Below are positions 38,462-47,755 of a stretch of 61,044 nucleotides of DNA, piece after piece. This stretch comes from a virus (taxonomy: Duplodnaviria; Caudoviricetes): positions 1 through 61,044 of the IMG/VR virus record IMGVR_UViG_3300012931_000291; one strand, 5' to 3'. Both the position numbers and the translations under genes were made by a program. Within the stretch, counting starts at the first letter, position 1. Every line of letters begins with the position of its first letter. The notes beneath the pieces were generated by a model. It was not told the origin of the DNA and ran no database searches. It saw nothing but the letters and a program-made list of their open reading frames with translations.

Positions 38462-38641
38462 ATGGGAGAGGCTAAGAAGGTGAGGGTCAAGCTCGTCGTC
38501 CACTCGGATTACGTCGAGCATATCCGGTGTAGGGACTGCTCAGCCTTGTTGTTCAAAGCAAAGATACCACTCCTGAAGTCGGAGCAGCCTATGGGTATTG
38601 AAGTGAAGTGTCGACGGTGTGGTAAAATCAATCGGTTCTAA
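38462..38641 (+). CDS. Mu Com-like zinc-ribbon regulator (59 aa, not in the ORF track)
   Basis: IRCRDCSALLFK...IEVKCRRCGKIN; GGGGAG RBS. Confidence 0.8.
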   Translation: MGEAKKVRVKLVVHSDYVEHIRCRDCSALLFKAKIPLLKSEQPMGIEVKCRRCGKINRF

Positions 38642-38658
38642 AAAGGTTGTAGAAGGGG

Positions 38659-38687
38659 TTTACAGTTTGTTGAAGTTCCCCTATACT
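38659..38687 (+). promoter_or_regulatory. sigma70-type promoter of the capsid operon
   Basis: TTTACA-17 bp-TATACT. Confidence 0.7.
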
Positions 38688-38707
38688 TAATATTGTCGAG
38701 CTTCCAG

Positions 38708-38775
38708 AAAGCCGTCATCCGTCTTTTATAGATTGGTCATCTTCGCCGATCTAAACGGATGACGGCTTTTTCTTT
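38708..38775 (+). terminator. long leader hairpin followed by a T-tract
   Basis: Perfect 15-bp inverted repeat (38708-38722 / 38755-38769), inner TAGATTGG/CCGATCTA stem, then a T-rich run. Confidence 0.7.
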
Positions 38776-38793
38776 GTAACTAGGAGTGAGTGG

Positions 38794-39597
38794 ATGAGAG
38801 GATTTCCAGATCTTCCAATTGACATAGAATCTGACAACCCGTTCTACGCCGGCTTCGCTTCCGCGACGCTGATCAAGGCGGAGGAAGAGGGCTCCAAATG
38901 GGTCGTCTACCTCGAGGCGTCGAACGAGCAGCAGGACCAGGAGGAAGAGATCACGGTCATGAAGGCGTTGAAGGACGCCGCCAACTACTACATGACACAC
39001 GGAGTGATCTCCTGGGACCATCAGCACAAGCTCCAGAAGGATCCAGCATACATCATCGGCGAGCCTCTGGACGTAGCCTTCACCTCAGCCAAGTCAACCT
39101 TGGTGAAAGCGATGCTCTACAAAGAGAACAAGCGAGCGCAGGGGGTCATGGAGAATGTTCTATCGAAGACCTCCCGCTTCGGCGCTTCCATTGGGGGTTA
39201 TATCCTGAAGAAGGCGATTGAGAACGCGCAGAAATTCATTCGCCGCGTTATCTGGGACGACACTGCCATCACCCACAAGCCTGTCAATGATACGACACTC
39301 GGACATGTTCAACTTGTCCCTTTCACATCCTTTGCCAAGAGTTTGACTGCGGGAGGCGGCGTAGACGCGAGTTCGTTCTCGGGGGGCAGGGCCTTGATTG
39401 GCGAGTCACTCCAAGGTGCCAAGTTCGGCGAACCGGAGATGACAAAGCTATTCAAAGCCTTCCTCAAGGGAGTAAAGGAGGGTACGCTGGGGAGTTATCA
39501 AGACACTCGTGCCTGGGTCGCGGAGACAGTCCCGTTGGGAGTCTCGACTGACCAGGTCATGAACTTCATATTCGCAAAGCTCACGAAGAAATCCTAG
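38794..39597 (+). CDS. prohead protease
   Basis: AS.E..DQEEE, ISWDH, IIGEP, ASIGG and AITHKPVN motifs. Confidence 0.8.
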   Translation: MRGFPDLPIDIESDNPFYAGFASATLIKAEEEGSKWVVYLEASNEQQDQEEEITVMKALKDAANYYMTHGVISWDHQHKLQKDPAYIIGEPLDVAFTSAKSTLVKAMLYKENKRAQGVMENVLSKTSRFGASIGGYILKKAIENAQKFIRRVIWDDTAITHKPVNDTTLGHVQLVPFTSFAKSLTAGGGVDASSFSGGRALIGESLQGAKFGEPEMTKLFKAFLKGVKEGTLGSYQDTRAWVAETVPLGVSTDQVMNFIFAKLTKKS

Positions 39598-39610
39598 AGG
39601 AGGTATTTAG

Positions 39611-40399
39611 ATGGACGGCAAGGAGAATAAAGATCAGAACCTCGACGCGGCCACTCTCGAAAAGAGCTGGAACGAGGCGTGTGAGGATCTGAGGAAGTCC
39701 CTCGGGGACGGAGCCACCCCCGCCGTGGACAAGAAGGAGCTCGAGGAGGCTAATGCCATCCTCGCCAAGTCTGGCGCCACCGCGGACGAGCTCAAGAAGG
39801 CCCAAACGATCTTGGCTAAGGCAATGTCTGCATCTGACAAGGGCGAGGGCGCCGAGCAGGAGGAAGAGGAGTCAATCTCGACTGAGGAGAGCGAGTCTGA
39901 GAGTACACCTCCCCCGGCCAAGAAGTCTTTTGAGGAGGCAGTGGCCGAAGATGATCCTGAGGCAGAGATCGCAATGGACATCGAGCCCTACCTCAAGTCT
40001 CTCGCCCACGAAATCGGCGAGAGTCTCGAGAAGGCGAGGAAACCCCTCGATCGCTTGGCCAAGCTTGAGAAGTCAGTGTCTGAGCTCTCAAGCATCGTTA
40101 AAGCTATCGGGAAAGCTGTCCTGGCGAACGCCGAGATGCAGAAAAGCATCAAGACTGATATCGCCAAGTTCGGCTCCATTGAGATCCCATCTATGGCGCG
40201 TTTGCGCAAGGGCGGTGATCGCTTCCAGGTAGAGGAAGGTGGTGCTGAGATGACTGTCATGGAAGTCATGGCGAAGGCTACAGAGCTCTGTCGTAAGGGC
40301 GAGATATCCACGACTGACATCTCAATTCTCGAGAGTCGCCTCCAATCTGGTGGTGGCATTCCGGAGAGCATGAAGCCGCTCTTCGCGAAGAAAGTATAA
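39611..40399 (+). CDS. scaffolding protein
   Basis: Acidic and helical; between protease and capsid genes; many K-[SAG] sites. Confidence 0.7.
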   Translation: MDGKENKDQNLDAATLEKSWNEACEDLRKSLGDGATPAVDKKELEEANAILAKSGATADELKKAQTILAKAMSASDKGEGAEQEEEESISTEESESESTPPPAKKSFEEAVAEDDPEAEIAMDIEPYLKSLAHEIGESLEKARKPLDRLAKLEKSVSELSSIVKAIGKAVLANAEMQKSIKTDIAKFGSIEIPSMARLRKGGDRFQVEEGGAEMTVMEVMAKATELCRKGEISTTDISILESRLQSGGGIPESMKPLFAKKV

Positions 40400-40416
40400 G
40401 GTAAAGGAGGACTAGA

Positions 40417-41853
40417 ATGGATCTCTTCGAGAGAAATTATAACGGCTTCGCCCAGAGTAACTCTGAGACTATGGAGTTACTGAGCAAGGCTTTGACTGCC
40501 GGAACTGGCGTTGATGCCTCAGCGTTTACGGGTGGGCGTGCGCTCACTCCAGAATCCTTGGATTTCACTCTCGTTAATATCCTGTTTTCGCAGGACGAGG
40601 CGAGGCTTTTCCAGAGGCTCAAGAAGACCCCAGTCAAATCGGTCGTACGCCAGTGGAACACGCGTACTGAAGTTGGTCAGGATGATGGTGCATGGGTAAC
40701 CGAGGGGGGCACTTCTGAATCGTCCGATCAAACAATCGCTCGTATGTTTGCAGTCGCGAAGTACTTGCAGACCTATAGGCAGGTCACTCTCCAGGCTGCG
40801 ATGAGTGAGATGACCGAGAACGCAATGGCTATTGAAAAAGATGCCGGTACGCGTTGGATCATCCGAAATGTCGAGAAGGGCCTCTTTGATGGAAATTCTT
40901 CATTCATCTCTGAGCAGCCCGATGGTCTGAAAGTCCAGATTCCGTCCACGAACGTCATCGACTTCCGAGGTGGTCACGCCGATAGGGAGACGTTCGAGAA
41001 TAAGATTACTGAGGGCCTTGGCACCATTCGTGCCAGTTATGGTAAAGGCAATCTGCTCTTGTCATCTATCAAAGTGACCACAGACATTTCGCACATGCTT
41101 CGAGACAAATATCGTGTGCCTCTTCCTGCCGTCGGAGCGCCCAGCCAACTTGGTCTTCCTGGCGCCGGAGCAGTCGGTGGAGTAGCTGGGGCCACCTTCC
41201 CCATCAACTTCCCCACTCCCTTTGGTAATCCTGAGGTTCTGGATGATGTATTCATCCAGGAGGGGAGCATTCCTGTCGCTTCAACCCTTACTACGAAATG
41301 CCCCAGCCAGCCCACCGTTGCTGGTGTTGCTCATGGAGCGGACGCATCATCGAAGTTTGGTTCAGCTGACGCAGGTGATTACGTCTACAAGGTCGTTGGT
41401 GTCAACAAGTATGGTGACTCAGTTGCCTCAGCGGAGGTTCTTGTGACCGGCGTTGCAGCTGGGGACAAGGTTACCTTCCAAGCGACTCCTGGTGTCATCG
41501 TCCCGACTGCGTGGAAGATTTATCGGTCCAAAGTTGGTGGTACTACTGGGGCCGAGGTCAAATTCATGAGCGAGGTGGCTTATGCACTTGACTCTGGTCA
41601 GGTTTATCAGACCCTCAGCGATCTCAACGCGGATCTGCCTGGCTGCTCTGATGTTTACCTTCTTACCTTGGATCCGTCGTTTGACGCGATCGAGTGGTTC
41701 CAGTTCCTCCCACTCATGAAGTTCGACCTCTACCCGGTCAACGCGGCAGTTTACCCGTTCCTCATGATCCTCTACGGTGCGATGGCGCTTAAGAAGCCCG
41801 TCCAGCACATTAGGATTAAGAACGTCTGCCCGACCAACGGAGGTTGGTTCTGA
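40417..41853 (+). CDS. major capsid protein
   Basis: LSKALTAG...GGRAL..ESLD, VEKGLFDG, DGL, NVIDFRG, QFLPLMK and LYGA motifs; position. Confidence 0.88.
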   Translation: MDLFERNYNGFAQSNSETMELLSKALTAGTGVDASAFTGGRALTPESLDFTLVNILFSQDEARLFQRLKKTPVKSVVRQWNTRTEVGQDDGAWVTEGGTSESSDQTIARMFAVAKYLQTYRQVTLQAAMSEMTENAMAIEKDAGTRWIIRNVEKGLFDGNSSFISEQPDGLKVQIPSTNVIDFRGGHADRETFENKITEGLGTIRASYGKGNLLLSSIKVTTDISHMLRDKYRVPLPAVGAPSQLGLPGAGAVGGVAGATFPINFPTPFGNPEVLDDVFIQEGSIPVASTLTTKCPSQPTVAGVAHGADASSKFGSADAGDYVYKVVGVNKYGDSVASAEVLVTGVAAGDKVTFQATPGVIVPTAWKIYRSKVGGTTGAEVKFMSEVAYALDSGQVYQTLSDLNADLPGCSDVYLLTLDPSFDAIEWFQFLPLMKFDLYPVNAAVYPFLMILYGAMALKKPVQHIRIKNVCPTNGGWF

Positions 41854-41864
41854 TCAACGGTTGA

Positions 41865-41896
41865 GGGGCTCATTCGAGTAAGGCGGAGCCCCCTTT
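41865..41896 (+). terminator. hairpin after the capsid gene
   Basis: GGGGCTC...GAGCCCC followed by CTTT. Confidence 0.5.
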
Positions 41897-41922
41897 ACTC
41901 TTCCAAAAAAAGGAGGGAGAGA

Positions 41923-43173
41923 ATGGATACGAGTATAAAAGAGAGGCTGAACGGAGCGTGCCCTGCGCTGAAAGCGGCGCAACTAGGCACGCTTCTCGAC
42001 AGCTTCGAGGGCTTTCTCCCCAGTATGGTCAGAGGTACTTGGTATTTCGTAGATCCAACAGCGGGAGATAACGCGGCTGACGGCTTAACGCCAGATACCG
42101 CAGTCAAGGACATCGTTGCAGCGTACGCCAAGTGCGTTGATGGCGCTGGAGATGGAATCGTTCTTATGTCGGCGGGTACTACCTCGGCCGGTACCACAAG
42201 TTATCTAAAACAGACTCTCACCTGGGCCAAGAGCGGCATTACCGTTCTTGGCTTAGCGTCAGGGACCAGAAGGGCTAGTCGGGCTAGGATTGCCTCCAAG
42301 GAGATCACCAGTTCTGGCACGACCTTCGCGCAAGCAGCTAATGCCATCACTCGCGAGACGGGCAGTTTCGTCACCGATGGCTGGGTCGTAGGGATGAAGG
42401 GCTACATTGCAGACTCGGGCTCGAACAACGGAGCAACATTTACTGTTACCTCCGTTGATGCTCTCAGTCTTGGGGTCTCTGAGACCCTGAACGTCCAGAC
42501 CAAGGCTCAGACTGTCTCCTGCGTGCTCACCAGTTACCTTCCGAGTGACATCACGGTTAGCGGGAGCAATAACGCTTTCTTCAACGTCTCAATCGGGAAT
42601 TATGGCTCACAGGTCGGGTCGCTTGGTGGTGTCAAAGTCACGGGGGCCAGGAATTACTTCGACAGGGTGCACATGCTTGGTGCGTGCCACGCGACGCCCG
42701 CTGCTCAGACTGGGGCCTATGACCTCGACCTGGGCGACGGCGGCGAGGAGAACACCTTCGAGCGATGCACCTTTGGTTCCAACACAATCATCAGGGCCGC
42801 AGCGAACGGGAACATCTCGTTCTCCGGTTCCTCGGCAGCGACGGCTCCCGACCGGAACGCGTTCTACGACTGTGACATCCTGTCGTATTCGGATACGGCT
42901 GGTAAGGGTGCCATTATCTCTAACGGGGCGACCTCGATGCAGGGTGTGACGGTCTTCGCCCGGTGCCGGTTCATGAACTGGAACGACAACGGGATTGGAG
43001 CACTCACTAGTGCCTTCATCGGCACAAAGCCCACCTCGGGAGCGATCCTCATAGACGCCTGCTCCCTGGTTGGCTGGTCAGCCTGGGATTCAGTGGCCGG
43101 CAATGACATGGTCTACGTTGCCAACTCAGCGGCCGTGGCCAGCGGCGGGGGCGGCATCGCGACTACAGTCTAA
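41923..43173 (+). CDS. virion structural protein, beta-helix-like (head decoration or fibre)
   Basis: YFVDP..GDN..DGLTP..A motif; N.F..C repeats; rich in Gly/Ser/Thr/Ala. Confidence 0.6.
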   Translation: MDTSIKERLNGACPALKAAQLGTLLDSFEGFLPSMVRGTWYFVDPTAGDNAADGLTPDTAVKDIVAAYAKCVDGAGDGIVLMSAGTTSAGTTSYLKQTLTWAKSGITVLGLASGTRRASRARIASKEITSSGTTFAQAANAITRETGSFVTDGWVVGMKGYIADSGSNNGATFTVTSVDALSLGVSETLNVQTKAQTVSCVLTSYLPSDITVSGSNNAFFNVSIGNYGSQVGSLGGVKVTGARNYFDRVHMLGACHATPAAQTGAYDLDLGDGGEENTFERCTFGSNTIIRAAANGNISFSGSSAATAPDRNAFYDCDILSYSDTAGKGAIISNGATSMQGVTVFARCRFMNWNDNGIGALTSAFIGTKPTSGAILIDACSLVGWSAWDSVAGNDMVYVANSAAVASGGGGIATTV

Positions 43174-43252
43174 GGCGAGAACGCCTGATACAAGGAGGGA
43201 GGTGAGGAGTGTACCTCAGTAATGGGTTCACTCCTCCCTTTTGAATAAGAAG

Positions 43253-43585
43253 ATGAGTACCGCAAGATACGCGATCAAGATTGCAGATGAAGACCTCACG
43301 AAGAATGTTGACCTGACAGCGGTTGACTTCAATCGTCGTTACTGCCTAGAGCGAGTACTCAAGTCCACCGACGGAGCAGTAACCGTCGACTTGTCTGTCG
43401 TAGGGACTCAGTCCTTGCTTTACTTGGAAACCTCGGCCCCGATTACGGTGGGTCTTAACGACGGGGCGACCTTCGTAGTCACCTCCGTTTTGTTTATGAC
43501 GGAGGGCATGGACATCGTCTCCATCCAGAACCTTGATTCTCTGGTGGATGCGACTGTCAAGCTCTACGCCTACGGGAGTGTGTAG
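43253..43585 (+). CDS. hypothetical structural protein
   Basis: Beta-rich ORF in the head-neck operon. Confidence 0.55.
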   Translation: MSTARYAIKIADEDLTKNVDLTAVDFNRRYCLERVLKSTDGAVTVDLSVVGTQSLLYLETSAPITVGLNDGATFVVTSVLFMTEGMDIVSIQNLDSLVDATVKLYAYGSV

Positions 43586-43588
43586 GCT

Positions 43589-44737
43589 ATGATCACGTTG
43601 AAGATCTTCACTCAGCCGGAAGACCTCTACCTGCTGATGAAGACGAAGGGCTACACACACATCCGCATTTACCAAGGTGACACTCAGACAGGTACCTTCG
43701 CAGAGATCACGACGTCAGTGACGAGAATTGCACTTCAGATTGGAGTACTAAACTACTCCTTCGTCGTAGATGTCGAGGCGGAAACGAAGTGGTTCAAGTA
43801 CTCCTTTGGCAACGACACCATCGAGTCGATCATCTCCCCGCCGTTCAGGATCCAACTCGGAGATCCATCAAAGGTTGGTTACTCGTTCAACAACTATCAG
43901 TCCCCTCTCGGCTCGTTCGGGAAAGTCCTGACCCCTGACGACATGAGATACAACTATCTCTGGGGCCTGGATCTCGTGTCGAACAATGCTGCGTATGACA
44001 ACTGGGACGACACGCAGTCAGACTACGCCGTCGCTGCCGGTGTCCGCGACTTCGAGAAAATCTTGAACATTGACATCCTTAGAAGGAAGTGGAAAACCAA
44101 GCCTGTCACCGGAAAGGATAGGAAGGCAGCGGTCTGGATGGACGGGGACCCCTTGATCTACACGGATGAGGAGTTCCCCTACGACTTCGACCCTGATACC
44201 TGGCTCAACTTCGGGTTTGTCCAACTCCGCCACTCCCCCATCATAGAAGTAACGAGGTTCGAGCTGGTCGGTCCGACAGAGAGTTCCATCCTGGACTTGA
44301 GGGAGTGGGCAAGGGTAGAAAAGGACTTCGGTCAGCTCCACGCCTTCCCGAGGAACCAAATGCTCTACGGGCCCTTCCTGGGTGCTTACGGCACGGTCTT
44401 GCTCTGGCAAATGAAAAGATACCCGCAAGGTTTGGAAATCGACTATGAGAGTGGGTTCGAGAACTCAGACGCCGTACCTGCCGATCTGCGAGATGTGATT
44501 GGCAAGTGGAGCGCTTGCAAGATGCTGAACATCACTGGTGATGGTATTCTGCCGGGATTCAGTTCCCAGTCAGTCAGCCTGGATGGACTCAGTGAGTCGT
44601 TTTCGTCCACGCAGAGCCCGACGAACGCGTATTTCGGTGCGAGGATCAATCAGTACCTGAAGGAGATCGCAGACTGGTTGTCGAAGAACAAATACAAGTA
44701 TGGAGGTATACCCCTCGGTTTCGTGAAGGGCAATTGA
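43589..44737 (+). CDS. head-tail adaptor / neck protein
   Basis: IDYESGF, VPADL and SQSVSLDGLSES motifs; position. Confidence 0.7.
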   Translation: MITLKIFTQPEDLYLLMKTKGYTHIRIYQGDTQTGTFAEITTSVTRIALQIGVLNYSFVVDVEAETKWFKYSFGNDTIESIISPPFRIQLGDPSKVGYSFNNYQSPLGSFGKVLTPDDMRYNYLWGLDLVSNNAAYDNWDDTQSDYAVAAGVRDFEKILNIDILRRKWKTKPVTGKDRKAAVWMDGDPLIYTDEEFPYDFDPDTWLNFGFVQLRHSPIIEVTRFELVGPTESSILDLREWARVEKDFGQLHAFPRNQMLYGPFLGAYGTVLLWQMKRYPQGLEIDYESGFENSDAVPADLRDVIGKWSACKMLNITGDGILPGFSSQSVSLDGLSESFSSTQSPTNAYFGARINQYLKEIADWLSKNKYKYGGIPLGFVKGN

Positions 44738-44738
44738 T

Positions 44739-45893
44739 ATGGGCATAATGCAGATGAGGCCATCTTCCCCCTCGTTGTGGGAGGAGTCAATAGATCGCCG
44801 AGGCCAACACGTTCTCTGGTACTCAGCTTCTGCCTGTTTCTGTATGTCCGACAACGGACGAGTCGACCCGAACTGCCCTCGATGCTACGGGAAGGGCTTT
44901 ACCTACTCGCCAGTGCGTTCCACGAGAAGGATCGTCTGGGGTGTCACAGATGGGAAAGCTACCTTGGATCTGACGTCCATGAAGATTCACATCAAATCGA
45001 TTAACCGTGTCTTCCTGGCCGCTGACCAGGAGATCGTCATCCAGTCTTTTACGTCCACGTCGATCACACCCGCAGTGCAGATCAAGAAGGGCATTCGCTT
45101 CACCCTGGACTACGAGGAGAGCTTCGAGAACACCTATTCTGGTACCTGTACTTACATAGGCCGAGGTCTAATAGACGTACCAATTAGGTTGGTCAACAAC
45201 CAGAACTACTTCGCCGGAGCGCTTGTCGAAGTAGCGGAACTTCAGAACGTCACGAAGGGCAAGTCGATGAAGATCGACGCGATCTGGGGGAACAAGATTC
45301 TCACCTCCGACGCCTGCGATGAGACTGACGAGCTCACTGTTGTCTGCACCTACCTGAAGGCTGCGAAATTTCTTATCACGTCGATCAATCCGAAGTCCAA
45401 GATCGAGAACAACATGGTCTTGCAGCAGGCGGACGCGATGATGTCCTTCCCTGGGACCTTCCACATCGGTCGCGGTGACGTCATCGTTTTGCAGATGGCT
45501 GAGATGAAGGAGACGATGATCGGCTACAACGAGGGGGACTCATTTGTCTTCCCCTTCCAATCGATCGCGACGATTCTGCGCGTCGAAGACAAGTATGGAG
45601 AGATCACTGACTACACCCTGGTCAGAGAGAACGAGATCCTCTGGGGTTTGAGAAAGCCTGATCGCTTCTCTTGCACTTTTGCCTACCACCCTGCCTTTAC
45701 CGTATTGGATGATCTGCCGACTGTCCGATACTCCGAGAACAAGATCTGGCCGAAACGTGTCTTCCTCAAGAAGTTCAGCACGTTTTTACATTCTTCGAGG
45801 ATGCTTTCTCTGGAGTCTGTGGATGCAGACGCCTCAGACATCGGCCTGCTCGATGATCCTCTCAAGGATTCAGAGCAGGGGGGTTTACTATGA
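44739..45893 (+). CDS. neck / head-closure protein
   Basis: CFC...CPRCYGKGF motif; position. Confidence 0.6.
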   Translation: MGIMQMRPSSPSLWEESIDRRGQHVLWYSASACFCMSDNGRVDPNCPRCYGKGFTYSPVRSTRRIVWGVTDGKATLDLTSMKIHIKSINRVFLAADQEIVIQSFTSTSITPAVQIKKGIRFTLDYEESFENTYSGTCTYIGRGLIDVPIRLVNNQNYFAGALVEVAELQNVTKGKSMKIDAIWGNKILTSDACDETDELTVVCTYLKAAKFLITSINPKSKIENNMVLQQADAMMSFPGTFHIGRGDVIVLQMAEMKETMIGYNEGDSFVFPFQSIATILRVEDKYGEITDYTLVRENEILWGLRKPDRFSCTFAYHPAFTVLDDLPTVRYSENKIWPKRVFLKKFSTFLHSSRMLSLESVDADASDIGLLDDPLKDSEQGGLL

Positions 45894-46720
45894 CGGAAGC
45901 GTCGATGCTCCAGGTGTCAATCGTTCCTGACGACCAGGGATTAGCAGATCTCATCGGGGCTTTAGAGATGGTCTCCACGAAGTACTTGCCAAACACGGTT
46001 AGGGCTATCAAGGTCTCAACCGCTCTCCTAGAGTATACGTGGAAAGCCTATGCGATGGGCGCAGCAATCCCTGGAACGAAGATCCGACTGAAGTCGGTCC
46101 GCGGCGAGTATGCAAAGTCGATCCACAAGTCGTTCCAAGGCCTGCACGGAGTCGTCTACTCTGACAGTCCCTACGCCGCGTCCATCGAGGATGGCGAGGA
46201 AGCGAAGGATCTGAAGAAGATCATCCCCTTCGGGCCCAGGGCACGGATGGGCAAGAATGGTCCATACTCGATCGTCCCCTTCCGTCACGGGGCTCCAGGC
46301 TCCCTCAGCGCGCCGATGCCTTCGGCAGTGTATGGGCAGATCCTGGCAAAGATTAGGGCCGGAGAGATCAAGAAGTCGACGGTACAGAAGAAGGTGCCTG
46401 GTTTCAACGCGGCCGGCGAGGTCGTGCTGACCAACAAGTACAAGTGGGGATCGAGGATGAAGCTCCCCCAGTTCCCGAACCTAGAGGGCATGGTTGTCTT
46501 CAACGTCTCGGCTGGTAACCAGGCTCGCGGGGAATACTTAACCTTCCGAGTCGTCTCGGCGAATGCCCCGAAGCAGTCGAATGCGCAGAAGGGCTGGGCC
46601 AACTCGTGGGTGGTTCCTGCACGGCAGGGGATGCATCTCACTCGCTACGTCGTAGCGAACACCAAAGAAGTGATCGGCGAGGCCATCCGGGCTGGGATCA
46701 CGATGGATCTCATGCCATAG
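45890..46720 (+). CDS. neck/tail completion protein
   Basis: YAASIEDG, DLK, VPFRHG, YLTFRVVS and SWVVP motifs. Confidence 0.6.
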   Translation: MTEASMLQVSIVPDDQGLADLIGALEMVSTKYLPNTVRAIKVSTALLEYTWKAYAMGAAIPGTKIRLKSVRGEYAKSIHKSFQGLHGVVYSDSPYAASIEDGEEAKDLKKIIPFGPRARMGKNGPYSIVPFRHGAPGSLSAPMPSAVYGQILAKIRAGEIKKSTVQKKVPGFNAAGEVVLTNKYKWGSRMKLPQFPNLEGMVVFNVSAGNQARGEYLTFRVVSANAPKQSNAQKGWANSWVVPARQGMHLTRYVVANTKEVIGEAIRAGITMDLMP

Positions 46721-46730
46721 GAGGGGCTAG

Positions 46731-47447
46731 ATGGCAAAACTCGTTCTGACCAAGATTCCAGATTGCGAGGCACTCATCGCAGATGATATCCGTGCTTGGT
46801 TTGATACGGAGCAGAAGTTCTCGGAACTCTTCCCCAAGGTCAATCTGAAGGTCTCGACAGACCATCCGTTCGTCGGCTTGCTTCAGCAATCAGTCCCTGA
46901 GGGGGGCAAGTACGACGTAACTGGCTTCCCCTGCATTACTGTCATCGACACGAACTTCTCGAAGCTCGTGGAGACTCCGGTCCTGCCGCAGACGATGAAG
47001 CTCCTTCCCATTCTGGTCGATGAGATTAGGGCTGGGGGTAGGAACAAGTTCATCATGTCGAAGCAAGCCCTGGCGGAGCTGGAAGCGGCATTCAAGGGGA
47101 AGGAGTTCCTCCGCGCCGAGGGGTACCAGACGCTGCGCCGGACTCAGATGGCTATCGAAGTTTGGGCGGCGAATAAGGTCCAGAAGGACAAGATCTTCGA
47201 TCTGATCTCTGCTTACCTGGTTGGCGAGCAGAGGTTCAAGCAGCATACCGAGAATGAGGTTATCATCGAGGAAGAGTCAATCAACGGTGAGAAGTCAGGA
47301 ATCTACAACTTCGACTTCGGTGAAGTCTTGTACGGGGCAATGATCCACTTCAGCACTGCCTACACTGTTGGCTACTATGAAGTGAAGGACTACACTATAG
47401 TTGGAGCAATCACGGTAGAAGCTCATGGAATGGTAGGGGAGGATTAG
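46731..47447 (+). CDS. putative tail terminator
   Basis: FPCITV motif; upstream of sheath. Confidence 0.5.
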   Translation: MAKLVLTKIPDCEALIADDIRAWFDTEQKFSELFPKVNLKVSTDHPFVGLLQQSVPEGGKYDVTGFPCITVIDTNFSKLVETPVLPQTMKLLPILVDEIRAGGRNKFIMSKQALAELEAAFKGKEFLRAEGYQTLRRTQMAIEVWAANKVQKDKIFDLISAYLVGEQRFKQHTENEVIIEEESINGEKSGIYNFDFGEVLYGAMIHFSTAYTVGYYEVKDYTIVGAITVEAHGMVGED

Positions 47448-47449
47448 AG

Positions 47450-47740
47450 ATGGAAAACGGAGAAGAGACAGTGGCCGAGGCCAGCGTGGATGTCGACACC
47501 TCGCAGTATCGGCCAGTAAAGGGCAAGAAGGGGGTCAAGGAGACAACCCAAGTTAAAGAGTCTCCAGTCGAAGATCCTCGCCTTATGGACGTGCGAACGT
47601 ATTTGGAAGAGGACGAAGGAGAGCTTAATCTCCACCCAACGCAGAAGGAAGCCCTGAGGTGGCATTACCGAGGTAAGATCCTTCCCTACGCTGAGTGGAA
47701 AACGCTCATCCACAATGATCATACGCGTCGAGCGGAATAA
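47450..47740 (+). CDS. hypothetical protein
   Basis: 96-aa ORF with RBS. Confidence 0.55.
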   Translation: MENGEETVAEASVDVDTSQYRPVKGKKGVKETTQVKESPVEDPRLMDVRTYLEEDEGELNLHPTQKEALRWHYRGKILPYAEWKTLIHNDHTRRAE

Positions 47741-47755
47741 AGAAGGAGGATATTC

